From Saccostrea echinata (taxonomy: Eukaryota): 64,000 nucleotides of DNA. The stretch lies in contig NW_026889797.1 of assembly GCF_033153115.1 (NCBI RefSeq), positions 2,666,001 to 2,730,000 of the forward strand, given 5' to 3'. Both the position numbers and the translations under genes were made by a program. This document shows, piece after piece, positions 14,601 through 24,693 of the stretch (positions are counted from its first letter, which is position 1; every line of letters begins with the position of its first letter). The notes below the pieces were generated by a model, which searched no databases, had not been told where the DNA came from, and worked only from the letters and a program-made list of their open reading frames with translations.

Positions 14601-17600
14601 TTTTTAACCCCCCCCCTTGAAACTGACGCTTTGACAAAATTAACACTCCTCAAAAAGCCTTCAGTTAAAATTGTCAAATTCTCCACTCGGCATATATACC
14701 ACGTTTACATTATGTGATGATAGTTATGATAAGTTTTCTTTATTAGTTAGCTGTAATAAAAAAAAAAAAAAAATAATTCTATATCAATTTCTTTAGTTGA
14801 TGTATGTAACAGTCATAATTGTACGAATGGAATATGTGTGCCAGACCAGACCAATAGTCGCGGTTACACGTGCAACTGTTCCGCTGGTTTTGTCGGAGAA
14901 AATTGTGAAGGTGACTAGCTAGTTCTTAAAATACAACAGGGTTTCGATTGAACCTTCAGTAACATTCAAAATATTTATTTATCAATACATTATGAATCAA
15001 GTTATTTTTTTATGATTTGGTAATGTAATTAAAGGCCATCCCCTAGAGCAAATTTATCATTGCCGAATGTGTGCTATTATATATTGATGCATAACTTTTC
15101 TGGAATCAAAAAAAGGAAGAAGTGAATTAATTTATTACATATAACAACCAATCAATATTATATTATAACATTAAAAAATATATATATTATTATTACAAAA
15201 TATTACTCATTTTTAAATATGTATTTATTTACGAAATTCCTTTTATCAATGTAAAAAATAATAAACCAAATATAGCGTTTTGATTCGCTACAGTCCCAAG
15301 ATATAAAGACCTTAACGAAAGTATATCAACCTCGCACTTCATACGTTATCGATATGTTTCTCTAGTCAGTCTGCATATCAAGGGATTGATCTCATCAAAA
15401 GGCTATATTTGTATTTTATTTATGTTGTTCAATGATATTTTGAATTACATTTTACATGTATTTAAATTATTACTGACCTCGGAACAACCTCTTGTGGGGA
15501 TCTTCGGCGTTGTAAAATCGTTACACAGTTAGTATGTTACCTAATACGGAGTCATCAGAGTGTGAAATGGAAATCTGAATTTGGATTTTGCTTCGCCTAG
15601 CCCAGTACTGATTTCCCATTTCACACCTTGGATGACTCCGTATTAGGTTGCAAACTAACCGTGTAACTAAAAGTAACTTGTCAATTAAATATAGTATTTT
15701 CAAAATGAATTCTCTTTACTTGTTAAAGGTCTAGCTATGGATTGTAAGGACCTTTTTGAAAATGGTCAAAGTAATTCTGGTGTGTACGAAATTTTTCCCT
15801 CTGTGGGCCTTTCCAGTCCTGTCCGTGTTCTCTGTGATATGGAAACAATGGGCGGAGGATGGACGGTATGTAGTTTACAAAGCTTAATTTTTCTTATGTA
15901 TGGCATGAATATAGGATATATACCTGTTAATATTGCGTATAACATAAACGTAGGATATAAACGTGTATATATCATGTGGTTTTATATTTTCTTTATTTCA
16001 TTTATCAGAGTGGAAATATTACCCTTTTACCAATTCAGAAAAAAAAAAAACAAATATGGAGAAATAATATATATAATGAATAATATTCTCTTAAAGTCAT
16101 GTATGGCGTATTTTTTATAAGTTCAGACTAACTAAAATCAGAAAGATCTTTCTATTTGTTTTATTACTTTATATAAAGTCTTTCCTGTAAATTACACAGT
16201 TTAAATCAATCACGTTTCAAAGATATTAGAAATTCAAAACAATAACCTATTTATTTACTGACTCCGCATTTAATTAGGGACATGGTTTAATCAATTTAAC
16301 TATGAAATCATGAGATTTTTCAAATTCAAAATCGGTGAAAATTTTAATTTGAACGTAAATAACATATATCATGTTAATCTACACTGATTCTCGTATTTTT
16401 ATTTTTTAGCTAAGATACGGCATATAGAGCTTTTACAAAGACAAATCCCTGTATCTAAACGCTGAGACAATCTCTTTAAATACCCCGAGCCGAACAGTGT
16501 TGTGTTCAACACATTTGTATGGGCTGATTCTGTACTCCTGTATGAAATAGTTGATTTTTTTTCCCATTTTTAGAGGATATTTACTGACTGTCTCCTTTCA
16601 TACTATTTGTTAGGACATTATTTACACACTGAATTGTCGACGAATTTTTCCATTATTTCCCGATCATGACAAAGGGAACACGGCGGGTGTGACCGGTCGG
16701 CAAGGGATGCTCACTCCTCCATTCCACCTGATCCCACCTCCAACGTGTTAGAGGTCCGTGTTTGCTCTGTTCTTATTTTGTAATGTTTAATGGACTATTG
16801 AGCTCGAATACCGGTCGTTATCTCAACATATTTCACTAAAATATTCATTTACTGCAAAATAACGCACCTTATACTTATGATGTGTTTCTTCATGTTTTGT
16901 ATCGATTATTAATGGAAAATAATGTCAGTAGACGGTCAACATTGTCAGTTTACAGTATATAGCTTTTTTAGCTTGACGAAAGTATTTAATGATATAGTTA
17001 TGAAATATCAAGAATGAATTCAATTTCATCTTTCGAAATAGGTGTCAAAAATCTTTGATAAGTTATAGTATACAAACTAGATCACTAAAAGTTATTATTA
17101 TAAATTGTTATACATGTATTCTTGATAATCCGAGCAAAGTATTATTTATATTGAAAAAAAAATCTGGATAAACATGCGTTTCATTCGAGTACAGTTGTAT
17201 AGCGCTGTATATTTGGTAAGGTATATGTTTTTGTAATAGTTTTTACGAAGACAGAAGTATACCTTTATAGATCTAAATTTAAAGATCTTCATCGGCATAC
17301 GGTGACGTCTCTATATGAGTGAACAATTCTCGAATGGGACGTTAAAGCTCTAACACAACTCGTAAATAGACATACGCCATTTGCGATAATACTATCTACG
17401 ATATCAGCAGCGGCGTGTACCCTTCACTATCGTTATACCTGACTGTTTTATTGTCACGGGTATCGGCGTGGAATGGTGACACGTGTTCGTGCAGGTTATC
17501 TTACATTACCTTTGTTTACATTTTATTGCAGTTATGTGTGTTTGTTTGTATACTGTGCTGACCTGTGCAACTGTTGTAAGTTTCTTTGGTATCTTTCTGT

Positions 17601-20600
17601 CCTGCATTAGAAGTACATATATACTACGTAGTTTTTTTTTTTTTTTTTTTTTTGGTCAGCACCGGGTGTTGTATATCATAGGTCCGTCTGCACTTGTGAC
17701 GACTGTGACTAAGTGAGCGGCTTTATACAGTTCCGACCGAAGTCTTTGGCTAAGCATTATTTGCTTTCCTTTTTTTTACCTAACAAAAAAAATCAGCAAC
17801 ACGTATATCAAAAATTGGAGCTGTGTTTTTTAGTGGTTCAAAAGATGTAGATGCATTTGAATGCAGTAAACATTTAAAAAATCGTCATAAAACATTAAAA
17901 CATCTGTCAGAATAAGAATAATTGTGTATTAGTGTTGTTATATGTGTGTACTACCGATATAATCCCCAGGGATTGAAGAGGTGCACGAGCCAGACGGAAA
18001 TGCACGTCAATTCTCGACTACTATTTCGGTATAGTGCATCCAAATGATAACACTATTATTGTTATTATGCTTGTTATTATGCTTACTGTTTTTCATGTAG
18101 GGTCGGACACCCTTGCACTTCAACAAGTTCTAGCGATATTGCTAGCGACCGAATATTATCAAAATGGAACTTAACATGTAGTATGTGGTTAAAATATAAA
18201 TTTTTGACACAATCGTGCCCTATTTATTGAGAAAATATCATTAAAAACCGATTTTTTTCGAAATAAGTCAGAATTCACCATGGATCGGACAATATTCACC
18301 ACGCATCGGACATACGATATTTAAACCAGAAAAAATTACATACCTTGATCGTGGTGCTTTAAAATTAGTGATATCGGAACATTTTTATCTTTTATTTAAA
18401 AATTAACCTTCTAATTAAATTTGAATGACTGTTTCGATCCACAAATATGAAGAGATTTTAGTTGCATCACATTGCCTTAGAAAGGCTTTACAATGCTAGT
18501 AATATGGCAACTCGCCATTTTGTCATTTGGGTTTTACATGAAAATGGAAGTGATTACCCGTGCATCGGAAAGTGTCCGATGCATGGTTAATTTGTGTCCG
18601 ATGTACGGTGAAATAAACATACAAGTTAAAAACAACTCTTAAATATATTATACAAACATTGAAGTAAAATTTTTGAAAAGTTTCTGTAATATTATCAATC
18701 ATTGGCAAATTTTACCAAGGTCCGACCCTTTCCGTTGACGTCTATTTAAAAGAATGACAACTCTAAAAATTGCAAAATCGTAAAATTCTGGTTACTCCCC
18801 TTTGATGATGCAAAATATGACGTAATTTCAAGGCCATATTTGTGGTATTTTTATCACAACATGAAAATAAAAATCGACATAATTAAAGAGTTCAATTCTT
18901 CATCTTTAAGAGAGAAACAAGTAAAAACATGTGGAGACTCAGATTCAATGAAAGTTTATTGCTTGAAGTTGTCCGAAGCAAGGTCCGATGCATGGTTAAT
19001 TCACCCTATACGACGATTTAATTATAAATTTGCAATCTTAAACCTACATGCAGAGGTTAAATTTCAAATGATTTTATGAACATTCTTTACGCAAGCATTC
19101 TATCAAAAAGCATTTTCATGACTCCTATGTATCGGATCATGTTAGGATGCAATTTTGGTTATTTATTCTAATATTTGATAGATTTTTTCCCTCCAAGTTC
19201 CTTGTCAATGATATCAGAGATATTCAATTTTATCTTGTTTAGTGTCAAATATACGATAATTATGATCATACGCTTGAAATTAGATTGTAAATGTAAAAGT
19301 GTCTATGGCGCAGTCGGTAAGGTGTTGGACTGACGTTCTCTGAATCGTGAGTTTGAATACATTTTCAAAAAAAAAAAAAAAAAAAAAAAAAAAGTCGTGC
19401 ACTGTTAAGGCATAGTATGCTTAACTTTGTTAATTTTTCTGCATACTTTGCAGAAGTAGCTGGGTATTGATATTATACATACAAACTAACAAAGCAAAAT
19501 AATAATTTATGAATATTTATTTTTCATAGGTAATACAGAAACGTATTGATGGATCTGTGGGCTTTGAGAAACCATGGGAGGGATATAAGGCTGGGTTTGG
19601 GATTCCGGGACAAGAGGATTTCTGGATCGGTAAGTACAGCCGAGTCTCGTTATTCAAACGCCAATAATCCGATCGCTTTGCCTTCTGGATGAAGCTTATT
19701 AGGAACAATTCATATGTTTTAGTAATTCTGATCCTTCATTAGTGCAAACAACTTGCTCAGAAATACATATATCCGGATAAACGAGATCTGACTATATAAT
19801 ATTGAGTAAAATCAGATCATTACTGTACCCCTACATTTGTTATAAGGCCAAATGTTCGCAAAATGTCTAATCCTGGATCAAATCAAATGTATGGTATAAA
19901 GTTTTAGTCATATGCATTCGGAGATATCCCTCTCATTTGTATCGATTACTGTTGTTTTTTTTTTTATTGAATTCATTAAAACATAAATCTGAACAAGAAA
20001 AGAAAGTAAACTAAGGGGAAAGAACGTATAGTATGTTCTGCATGTGTGCATCCATCTCACTTTTAAAATACATATTATATCTTAAAGCGTCTTGAAGCAG
20101 AATAACATTACATGTTGTCATCATTTCGAAACATTGTTTAAATTAGATACAATATATAGAACTTGAATCCAAAATATATGACACAATTTATCAAAGTCTA
20201 CGGAATTTTTTTTTTTTTTTATGTCAATACAGGCCATTGCTGTCATGCGCACAATGAAGTTTACGTACTTAATCAGCCTTTTTTTTTTAAATATGGAAAC
20301 GAAGTTGCTTCAAAAAGTAGGAAAATCCATATGCTTTAGTAGTAATTCGGACACTTCATTAGTGCGAACTATTTGCTTAGAAATACGTTCGTCTGGATAT
20401 ATATAAAACATATTAATGGTATTGAACTACATTTATCAATTATATCAAATATACAACCAAACAGGAAATGACGTGATCCACCAATTGACAAAGGGGGACG
20501 ACTCATCTCTCTATATTTCAATCACTCTGGTGAATGGCACAACACTGTATGAGCTGTACGAGAGAATCTCAGTAGCAAATGAAACAGAAAAATATCAACT

Positions 20601-20996
20601 ATTACTGGCTGGGAATGCAACAGGAACCTTAGGTAAGAGTAAAAAAAATAATAAAAAATAAAACCAAATCACAAACAAGGGAAAGTGCGAGAGAAAGAGA
20701 AGGAGAGAAAAATTTCAATTGTATTTTTCTTTAAATCTGTAGGTGATAGGATGTTAGACACGGGTATCTCCAATTTTGATTTGTCTGGGATGTTCTTTTC
20801 TACCCGAGACCGTGACAACGACAAAGGTGTGTTTAACTGTGCTGATTTGTTCAGGGGAGGCTGGTGGTTTAACAATTGTTACGGAGGCTTCCTCAATGGA
20901 CCCTGGGCCTCATCAAGGTGGAGTGCCCCTTGGTATCTCCTAATCCCGTCTGGGACAGATGTGAGTGGCACTGTGATGATGGTGAAACGTTCATAG
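596..20996 (+). CDS. Secreted EGF(x4)-fibrinogen-related domain (FReD) protein, 10 exons, 402 aa
   Basis: Exons 596-610, 3382-3457, 8845-8961, 9297-9410, 13920-14033, 14797-14910, 15729-15865, 19530-19629, 20465-20632, 20743-20996. All introns are GT-AG with compatible phases; total 1209 nt with no internal stop. Signal peptide MHTSKIFLASLFVYFSSVPAVST, four EGF repeats, FReD motifs DCKDL..SGVY, CDMETMGGGWTVIQKR, FWIGN, FSTRDRDND, GGWWFNNC..LNG. Confidence 0.9.
1321..1756. repeat. Non-autonomous element with a hairpin at each end
   Basis: TTCTATCGTTAAA...TTTAACGATAGAA (1331-1379) and TCTAACTGTG...CACAGTTAGA (~1706-1743). Confidence 0.5.
1768..2125 (-). mobile_element. tRNA-derived SINE, long form (two central conserved blocks)
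   Basis: A box GGTAGCTCAGTCGGTAGAG, B box GTTCGAATC, central CCTTCGCCA..CGCTCGGCA and TTCGGA.GAGACCTTAAAA blocks, (ATCA)n tail. The blocks resemble the Meta and Deu/Nin domains of metazoan SINEs (recalled, not searched). Confidence 0.88.
2275..2628 (+). mobile_element. tRNA-derived SINE, long form
   Basis: Same family as 1768-2125, opposite orientation. Confidence 0.85.
2640..3125 (+). repeat. Degenerate ~150-bp tandem repeat array
   Basis: Recurrent TTTAGCAGATAAACTAC.TGCATAGTTACTATGAGCA units near 2641, 2815, 2952, 3083; probably a HINE-type satellite remnant. Confidence 0.6.
3382..3457 (+). CDS. FReD gene exon 2 (signal peptide)
   Basis: ttttcag|ATT...CAT T|gtaagt; encodes IFLASLFVYFSSVPAVSTRLLSFRH. 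Confidence 0.8.
3475..3664. mobile_element. Tc1/mariner (pogo-like) MITE
   Basis: TA|CAGTTGAACTTCGATATCGCGAAC ... GTTCAAGATAATGAAGTTTGACTG imperfect TIRs. Confidence 0.7.
7406..7568. repeat. Long palindrome with CGCCC-TTC-GGGCG apex
   Basis: ~80-bp arms, including a perfect AGAGTTTCATTGGGATATGACATGAAGTCGGT inverted match. Confidence 0.9.
7571..7700. repeat. Long palindrome with GTGC-TTC-GTAC apex
   Basis: TAGATGAATATGGAA.TTATTTCA ... TGAAATAAATTCCATATTCATCTA. Confidence 0.85.
8630..8830. mobile_element. TA-flanked MITE (CTGT..ACAG termini)
   Basis: TA|CTGTGAACATATTACATTT ... AAATGTAATACACTTACAG|TA. Confidence 0.7.
8845..8961 (+). CDS. FReD gene exon 3 (EGF1)
   Basis: [38 protein letters not shown], phase 1-1. 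Confidence 0.9.
9297..9410 (+). CDS. FReD gene exon 4 (EGF2)
   Basis: [37 protein letters not shown], phase 1-1. Confidence 0.9.
10127..10483 (+). mobile_element. tRNA-derived SINE, long form
   Basis: A/B boxes, both central blocks, (ATCA)n tail, possible ATCTTG TSD. Confidence 0.9.
10962..11190 (+). mobile_element. End of a non-autonomous DNA transposon with AAACGTT subterminal repeats (CMC/EnSpm-like)
   Basis: CCAATTAGCACA terminus followed by more than 10 AAAC(G/A)TT motifs; the other end is not resolved. Confidence 0.5.
11800..11958. mobile_element. Short MITE with G-tracts
   Basis: GCGTCGGAAGC ... GCTTCCAATGC imperfect TIRs. Confidence 0.45.
13920..14033 (+). CDS. FReD gene exon 5 (EGF3)
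   Basis: GVCDGHNCMDGSCVPDQSSRRGYTCNCSAGFVGENCE, phase 1-1. Confidence 0.88.
14797..14910 (+). CDS. FReD gene exon 6 (EGF4)
   Basis: DVCNSHNCTNGICVPDQTNSRGYTCNCSAGFVGENCE, phase 1-1. Confidence 0.88.
15729..15865 (+). CDS. FReD gene exon 7 (FReD N-terminal part)
   Basis: LAMDCKDLFENGQSNSGVYEIFP...CDMETMGGGWT|gtatgt. Confidence 0.92.
16665..16835 (+). repeat. Dispersed ~170-bp repeat (probably a retroelement 3' end)
   Basis: GGGATGCT.ACTCCTCC..CACCTGATCCCACCT..GGTCCGTGTTTGC; other copies at ~3840-3950, 25270-25332 (-), 29485-29650, 35125-35260. Confidence 0.75.
17287..17346 (+). mobile_element. SINE 3' fragment
   Basis: GGTGACGTCTCTATATGAGTGAA..ATTCTCGAATGGGACGTTAAA; another fragment at ~30590-30640 (-). 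Confidence 0.75.
17357..17735 (-). repeat. Dispersed ~380-bp repeat, inverted relative to the copy at 50380-50745
   Basis: Long colinear matches such as TGTTTACATTTTATTGCAGTTATGT and CTGACCTGTGCAACTGTT. Confidence 0.85.
17917..18066. repeat. Imperfect long palindrome
   Basis: AATAATTG..TAGTGTTGTTAT..TACCGA ... TCGGTATAG..ATGATAACACTATTATT. Confidence 0.6.
18099..18729. mobile_element. MITE with AGGGTCGGAC TIRs and internal GTCCGATGC repeats
   Basis: 10-bp perfect TIR; CATCGGAC/GTCCGATG motifs in opposite orientation in the two halves; TSD unclear. Confidence 0.6.
19530..19629 (+). CDS. FReD gene exon 8
   Basis: VIQKRIDGSVGFEKPWEGYKAGFGIPGQEDFWI G|gtaagt. Confidence 0.92.
20465..20632 (+). 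CDS. FReD gene exon 9
   Basis: NDVIHQLTKGDDSSLYISITLVNG...YQLLLAGNATGTL G|gtaaga. Confidence 0.9.
20743..20996 (+). CDS. FReD gene exon 10 (terminal)
   Basis: DRMLDTG...FSTRDRDNDKGVFNCADLFRGGWWFNNCYGGFLNG...TVMMVKRS*; AATAAA near 21514 and 21533. Confidence 0.92.
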
Positions 20997-21879
20997 GGAC
21001 TGTACTACATTACTGTATAGATACTGGGAAAATGTGAAGTGAAGGGGGGGGGGGGTAATGATGAAGGCTTAATGTCCCCAGGAATATTACTTATTCACTA
21101 TAGAAACTGGGGTAATGTGAGGGGGTCAATAAGGGGACACAAATGAGTTAATGTCTCTAGAATTATTACTTATTCTGTATACAAACAAGGACAGATGTGA
21201 TGGGGACAATTTCCTTGGGGACATCATTCATTTTCTTTTATCGATATATATTTTTTTTTAAATAATGATTTAAGCATTCTTTTTAATTTCTGTTTTGAAG
21301 GTTACATCAACATCTGTTTTAAAAGACGGTCAGCTATATATATTAATAATTTTTCCTACCTTTTTTTTTTTCAAACTTGTCCATACGAAAAAAAGAAGAG
21401 CAATGACGGAAAAGTTGTCAATTCAGTTGAAGTTTTTAAAACACGCCACATTGAAGAAAGAAACACTTCATTTCACTTTACAGAAATTTTTCCGTTCATA
21501 TTTTTCCAAGTAAAATAAATGCAATTAAATGAAATAAAAATACTTGTAAACAGCTATGGTTTTGTTTGTTTTTTTTTTCTCTGTTAAAAGACTTCCTAGA
21601 GATGTTAAATTCAATGTCGATTTTTTATATTTTTGTGAATTCTGAAAATGTAATGTATATGCTATAAAGAAACTGGAAGCTACAATTATTTTATAACTAT
21701 TGCCTCTTTGAGATAAATGTGTTTATCAGAAAAAAATCGTTTAAAACTGGTATTGACATGAAGTTAACATTTATTGCTTAATATGCCAATAAAGAACTTT
21801 TTTTTTATAAAGTATTAACGTACATTCAATATTCATCATTGGTTGAAGAAGTCTAATATGTCCATATGACTGCAAGACA

Positions 21880-22175
21880 TTTAAACGGATTTTACAATTC
21901 GTTATATCGAATTCATTTATATTTTTCTCTAGACCTAATTGTCGAATTTGATTAAACGATTTTAATTCGTTACGAAAAAAATAGAATTTGTTTAAACGAA
22001 TTTAATTCGTTAAAACAAATTTTAGAGTTATTTTAATGGAATTTAGTCTGTTATAACAATTTTTTGAATTTGCTATAACGAATTCAACTGTTATGACATA
22101 TTTAGTTCGTTATTACGATTTAAAAACAATTGTTCTAAAGAATAAAATTCGTAATAACTTATTCCGCAATTCGTC
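21880..22175. repeat. Degenerate ~22-bp minisatellite (AATTCGTTA.AACGAATT)
   Basis: More than 10 self-complementary units; related motifs flank the gap at 24400-24760. Confidence 0.75.
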
Positions 22176-22893
22176 ATATTAAATTCATGTATATTTGAAG
22201 GGGTGAGAAGCTAAACTCCGATGATTTTAAATAAATAATGAACATGATAAATACGTATGATAAAACTGTAGATTTTTTTTATTTCTTATTAAAAACATTA
22301 ACTCTGATCTCTCTGATAGGAGAGATGCAAACATTAATTAGAATAATGTGCAAGGACTAAAACTGAAGTCATGCATTGGTGAAAGATGGATTATGCATAA
22401 TTTACTACATTTTACAATGTAAAAGTTTAAAAACGATGTTAGAACTGATGTCGGACGATTCTGAAGTCATAAAGGTTGTTTTTCCCTGAAACAGCAGACG
22501 GATCAGACTGTCAATCTTTGGGGAGACTATAAGATTTTAGCGTGACCATCGGATTTCGAGTCTTAAAAATATAACTAAAGGCAATACTTTTTAATATATA
22601 AAAGACTAATTTGTGTTTTGAATTTTTGTAAATAATTTTAAAATAAACGTCATTTACAAGGTGTTCTGACATTTTTCCATTCACCTTCAGTTTTAAATAA
22701 CTTAATTTTAGTTGTAACACGTCATTTGATTGGATAAAAGATTTCGTTTATATCGTATAACATAAGTTGCCTACGTCACAATGAGTTACGTCAAAAACGT
22801 ATTATTCCGCTTGACGCTACTTTTAAAATATGCTCACTTTGAAGCCATTTTTGGAGGAAAAACTGTCTTATTGTCTACACTGAAATTAAATTA

Positions 22894-23026
22894 TAAGGAA
22901 TGAAGCTTATTTTAACCTATGTTGTACGATATAACATAACTTGGGGCAGCTTACGCTTTTTTATAAACCGCTTCGCCCCAAGTTGTTATATCATATAACA
23001 TAGGTAAAAATAAGCTTCATATCTTA
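22894..23026. repeat. Long palindrome
   Basis: ATGAAGCTTATTTT.ACCTATGTT.TA.GATATAACA..TTGGGGC ... GCCCCAA..TGTTATATCATATAACATAGGTAAAAATAAGCTTCAT. Confidence 0.85.
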
Positions 23027-23195
23027 AATATAAAAAAAAAAACAAACCAAACAAAACAAAAAAAAAAAAAAAAACAAAAAAACAAAAAAAAAAAAAAAAA
23101 AAAAAAAAAAAACACCTTATGGGTTTACTGAACTTCTTTTGATTTGAAATTTGTACAGTAGATCCTCACATTATATGTTTTTCACTACTGTTTGT

Positions 23196-23472
23196 GGTTT
23201 GCGGGGCAGCGGTTTGAGAGTTTGCTCTAGAGTAGCGAAGTAAGGATGTGGTCCTTAAGTCGGGGGTCGAATCCACTGTGTGACGCGAAGATCGGTCCTT
23301 TGGATGAGACCGTCTAAACCGAGGTCCCGTGTTCCAGTAGAAGCTGGCAGGAAAATGTTCCCTAACTGCTCAAAGGCCGTAAGTGCCGAGTACAGATCTA
23401 AAATTGCAACCCTCCACCCGCAAGTGTTGGTGTCTCAAAATGAGTGAAAAATTTTCGTAGGGTCGTTAAATA
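23196..23472 (+). mobile_element. tRNA-derived SINE, short form (single central block)
   Basis: B box GTCGAATCC joined directly to GGTCCTTTGGATGAGAC..AAACCGAGGTCCCGTG; shares its 3' half with the long form. Confidence 0.8.
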
Positions 23473-24558
23473 AAAAAAAAAATAAATAAACATCACTGTT
23501 TGATTCCAGAGGCAAGACCCATGTAGAATCGTCCCATATCTTGCAATTATCAACCTCAAAACCATTTGATTCTTTGATTATGGGTATTTCTACCGTTTGG
23601 AATATCTAATCCGCTGAATGTTTTTTCGTTGTCATTTCTTTCTAGGAATCTCTGCGTCTGTTCCCTATGTGTAGTTTTCGTCCCAAGGTTAGCGTTGCTT
23701 CTCTGTAGACAGCCATTTATTCGTCGAAGAACCTTTCTTAAAATAATTTGCAATGATTCCTGGATCAGTTTGTGATGTCTGTTCCTAACATCTTTATTTC
23801 AGTTTATTTATTGAAGACTATTAAATATTAAAAATTCTAGAATTAACTATGAAGTGAGTAATAAACCTTAGATTTCATATCATAAAATTTTTTATCATAG
23901 GGATGATTACTATATATTAAGAGAGCTCTTGAATGTGCAGTGTATAGAAGGTTCTAAGGTGAGATTTTTTTCTCTAATAACAAATGCATTGTGTCTCTGA
24001 ATCAGTGTACATTTCCAGATTCTCTATACAACTGTACTTCAAATGCAACTAGCAATAACCATGTTGCCTTCCAGATGCTTACAAGGAACAATGCAACGTC
24101 TAGCAAATCCTTGTATTTTTTGCAAAATAATCGAACACTTTTTAATTTTTCCTTTGAGGTCGCCTTCTGATTAAGATGAAATCATTTATAGTGAGACAAT
24201 ATTTTTCGTCACTAATGAAAGCCTAAAAAAATATTAAAATAAATTTGTAAAAATTATGTAATCTTATCTGGTAATTACAATTTTGTACGTAAACCGGGCC
24301 TCCCTATGAGACTTTTAACATCACAACAAGATAAATGTTTATTTTTTTTTTCATGTTAAAGCGAAAGTAAAAGACTTAGAGTCGTACCTAAATGCCTTTA
24401 ACTATAAGAATTAAAGTAAAAGACTTAAAATTGTACGTACATGTACTAAATAAGCGGAGATAGAGAGATCATAATTATTAGACAAGGTCATGCAATGTAA
24501 TAACGAAATAAAAACTCGGTAATAAGTCTTACAAATGACATAATAAGTTGTGATAATC

Positions 24559-24693
24559 NNNNNNNNNNNNNNNNNNNNNNNNNNNNNNNNNNNNNNNNNN
24601 NNNNNNNNNNNNNNNNNNNNNNNNNNNNNNNNNNNNNNNNNNNNNNNNNNNNNNNNNNNNNNNNNNNNNNNNNNNNNNNNNNNNNNNNNNNNN
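24559..24693. other. Assembly gap (135 N)
   Basis: N run. Confidence 1.

Noticed and set aside
21880-22175. CRISPR-like array
   Set aside because: Degenerate minisatellite without unique spacers, in a eukaryotic context
23520-23790. Stop-riddled coding-like fragment on the minus strand
   Set aside because: No recognisable motif; probably an old retroelement piece
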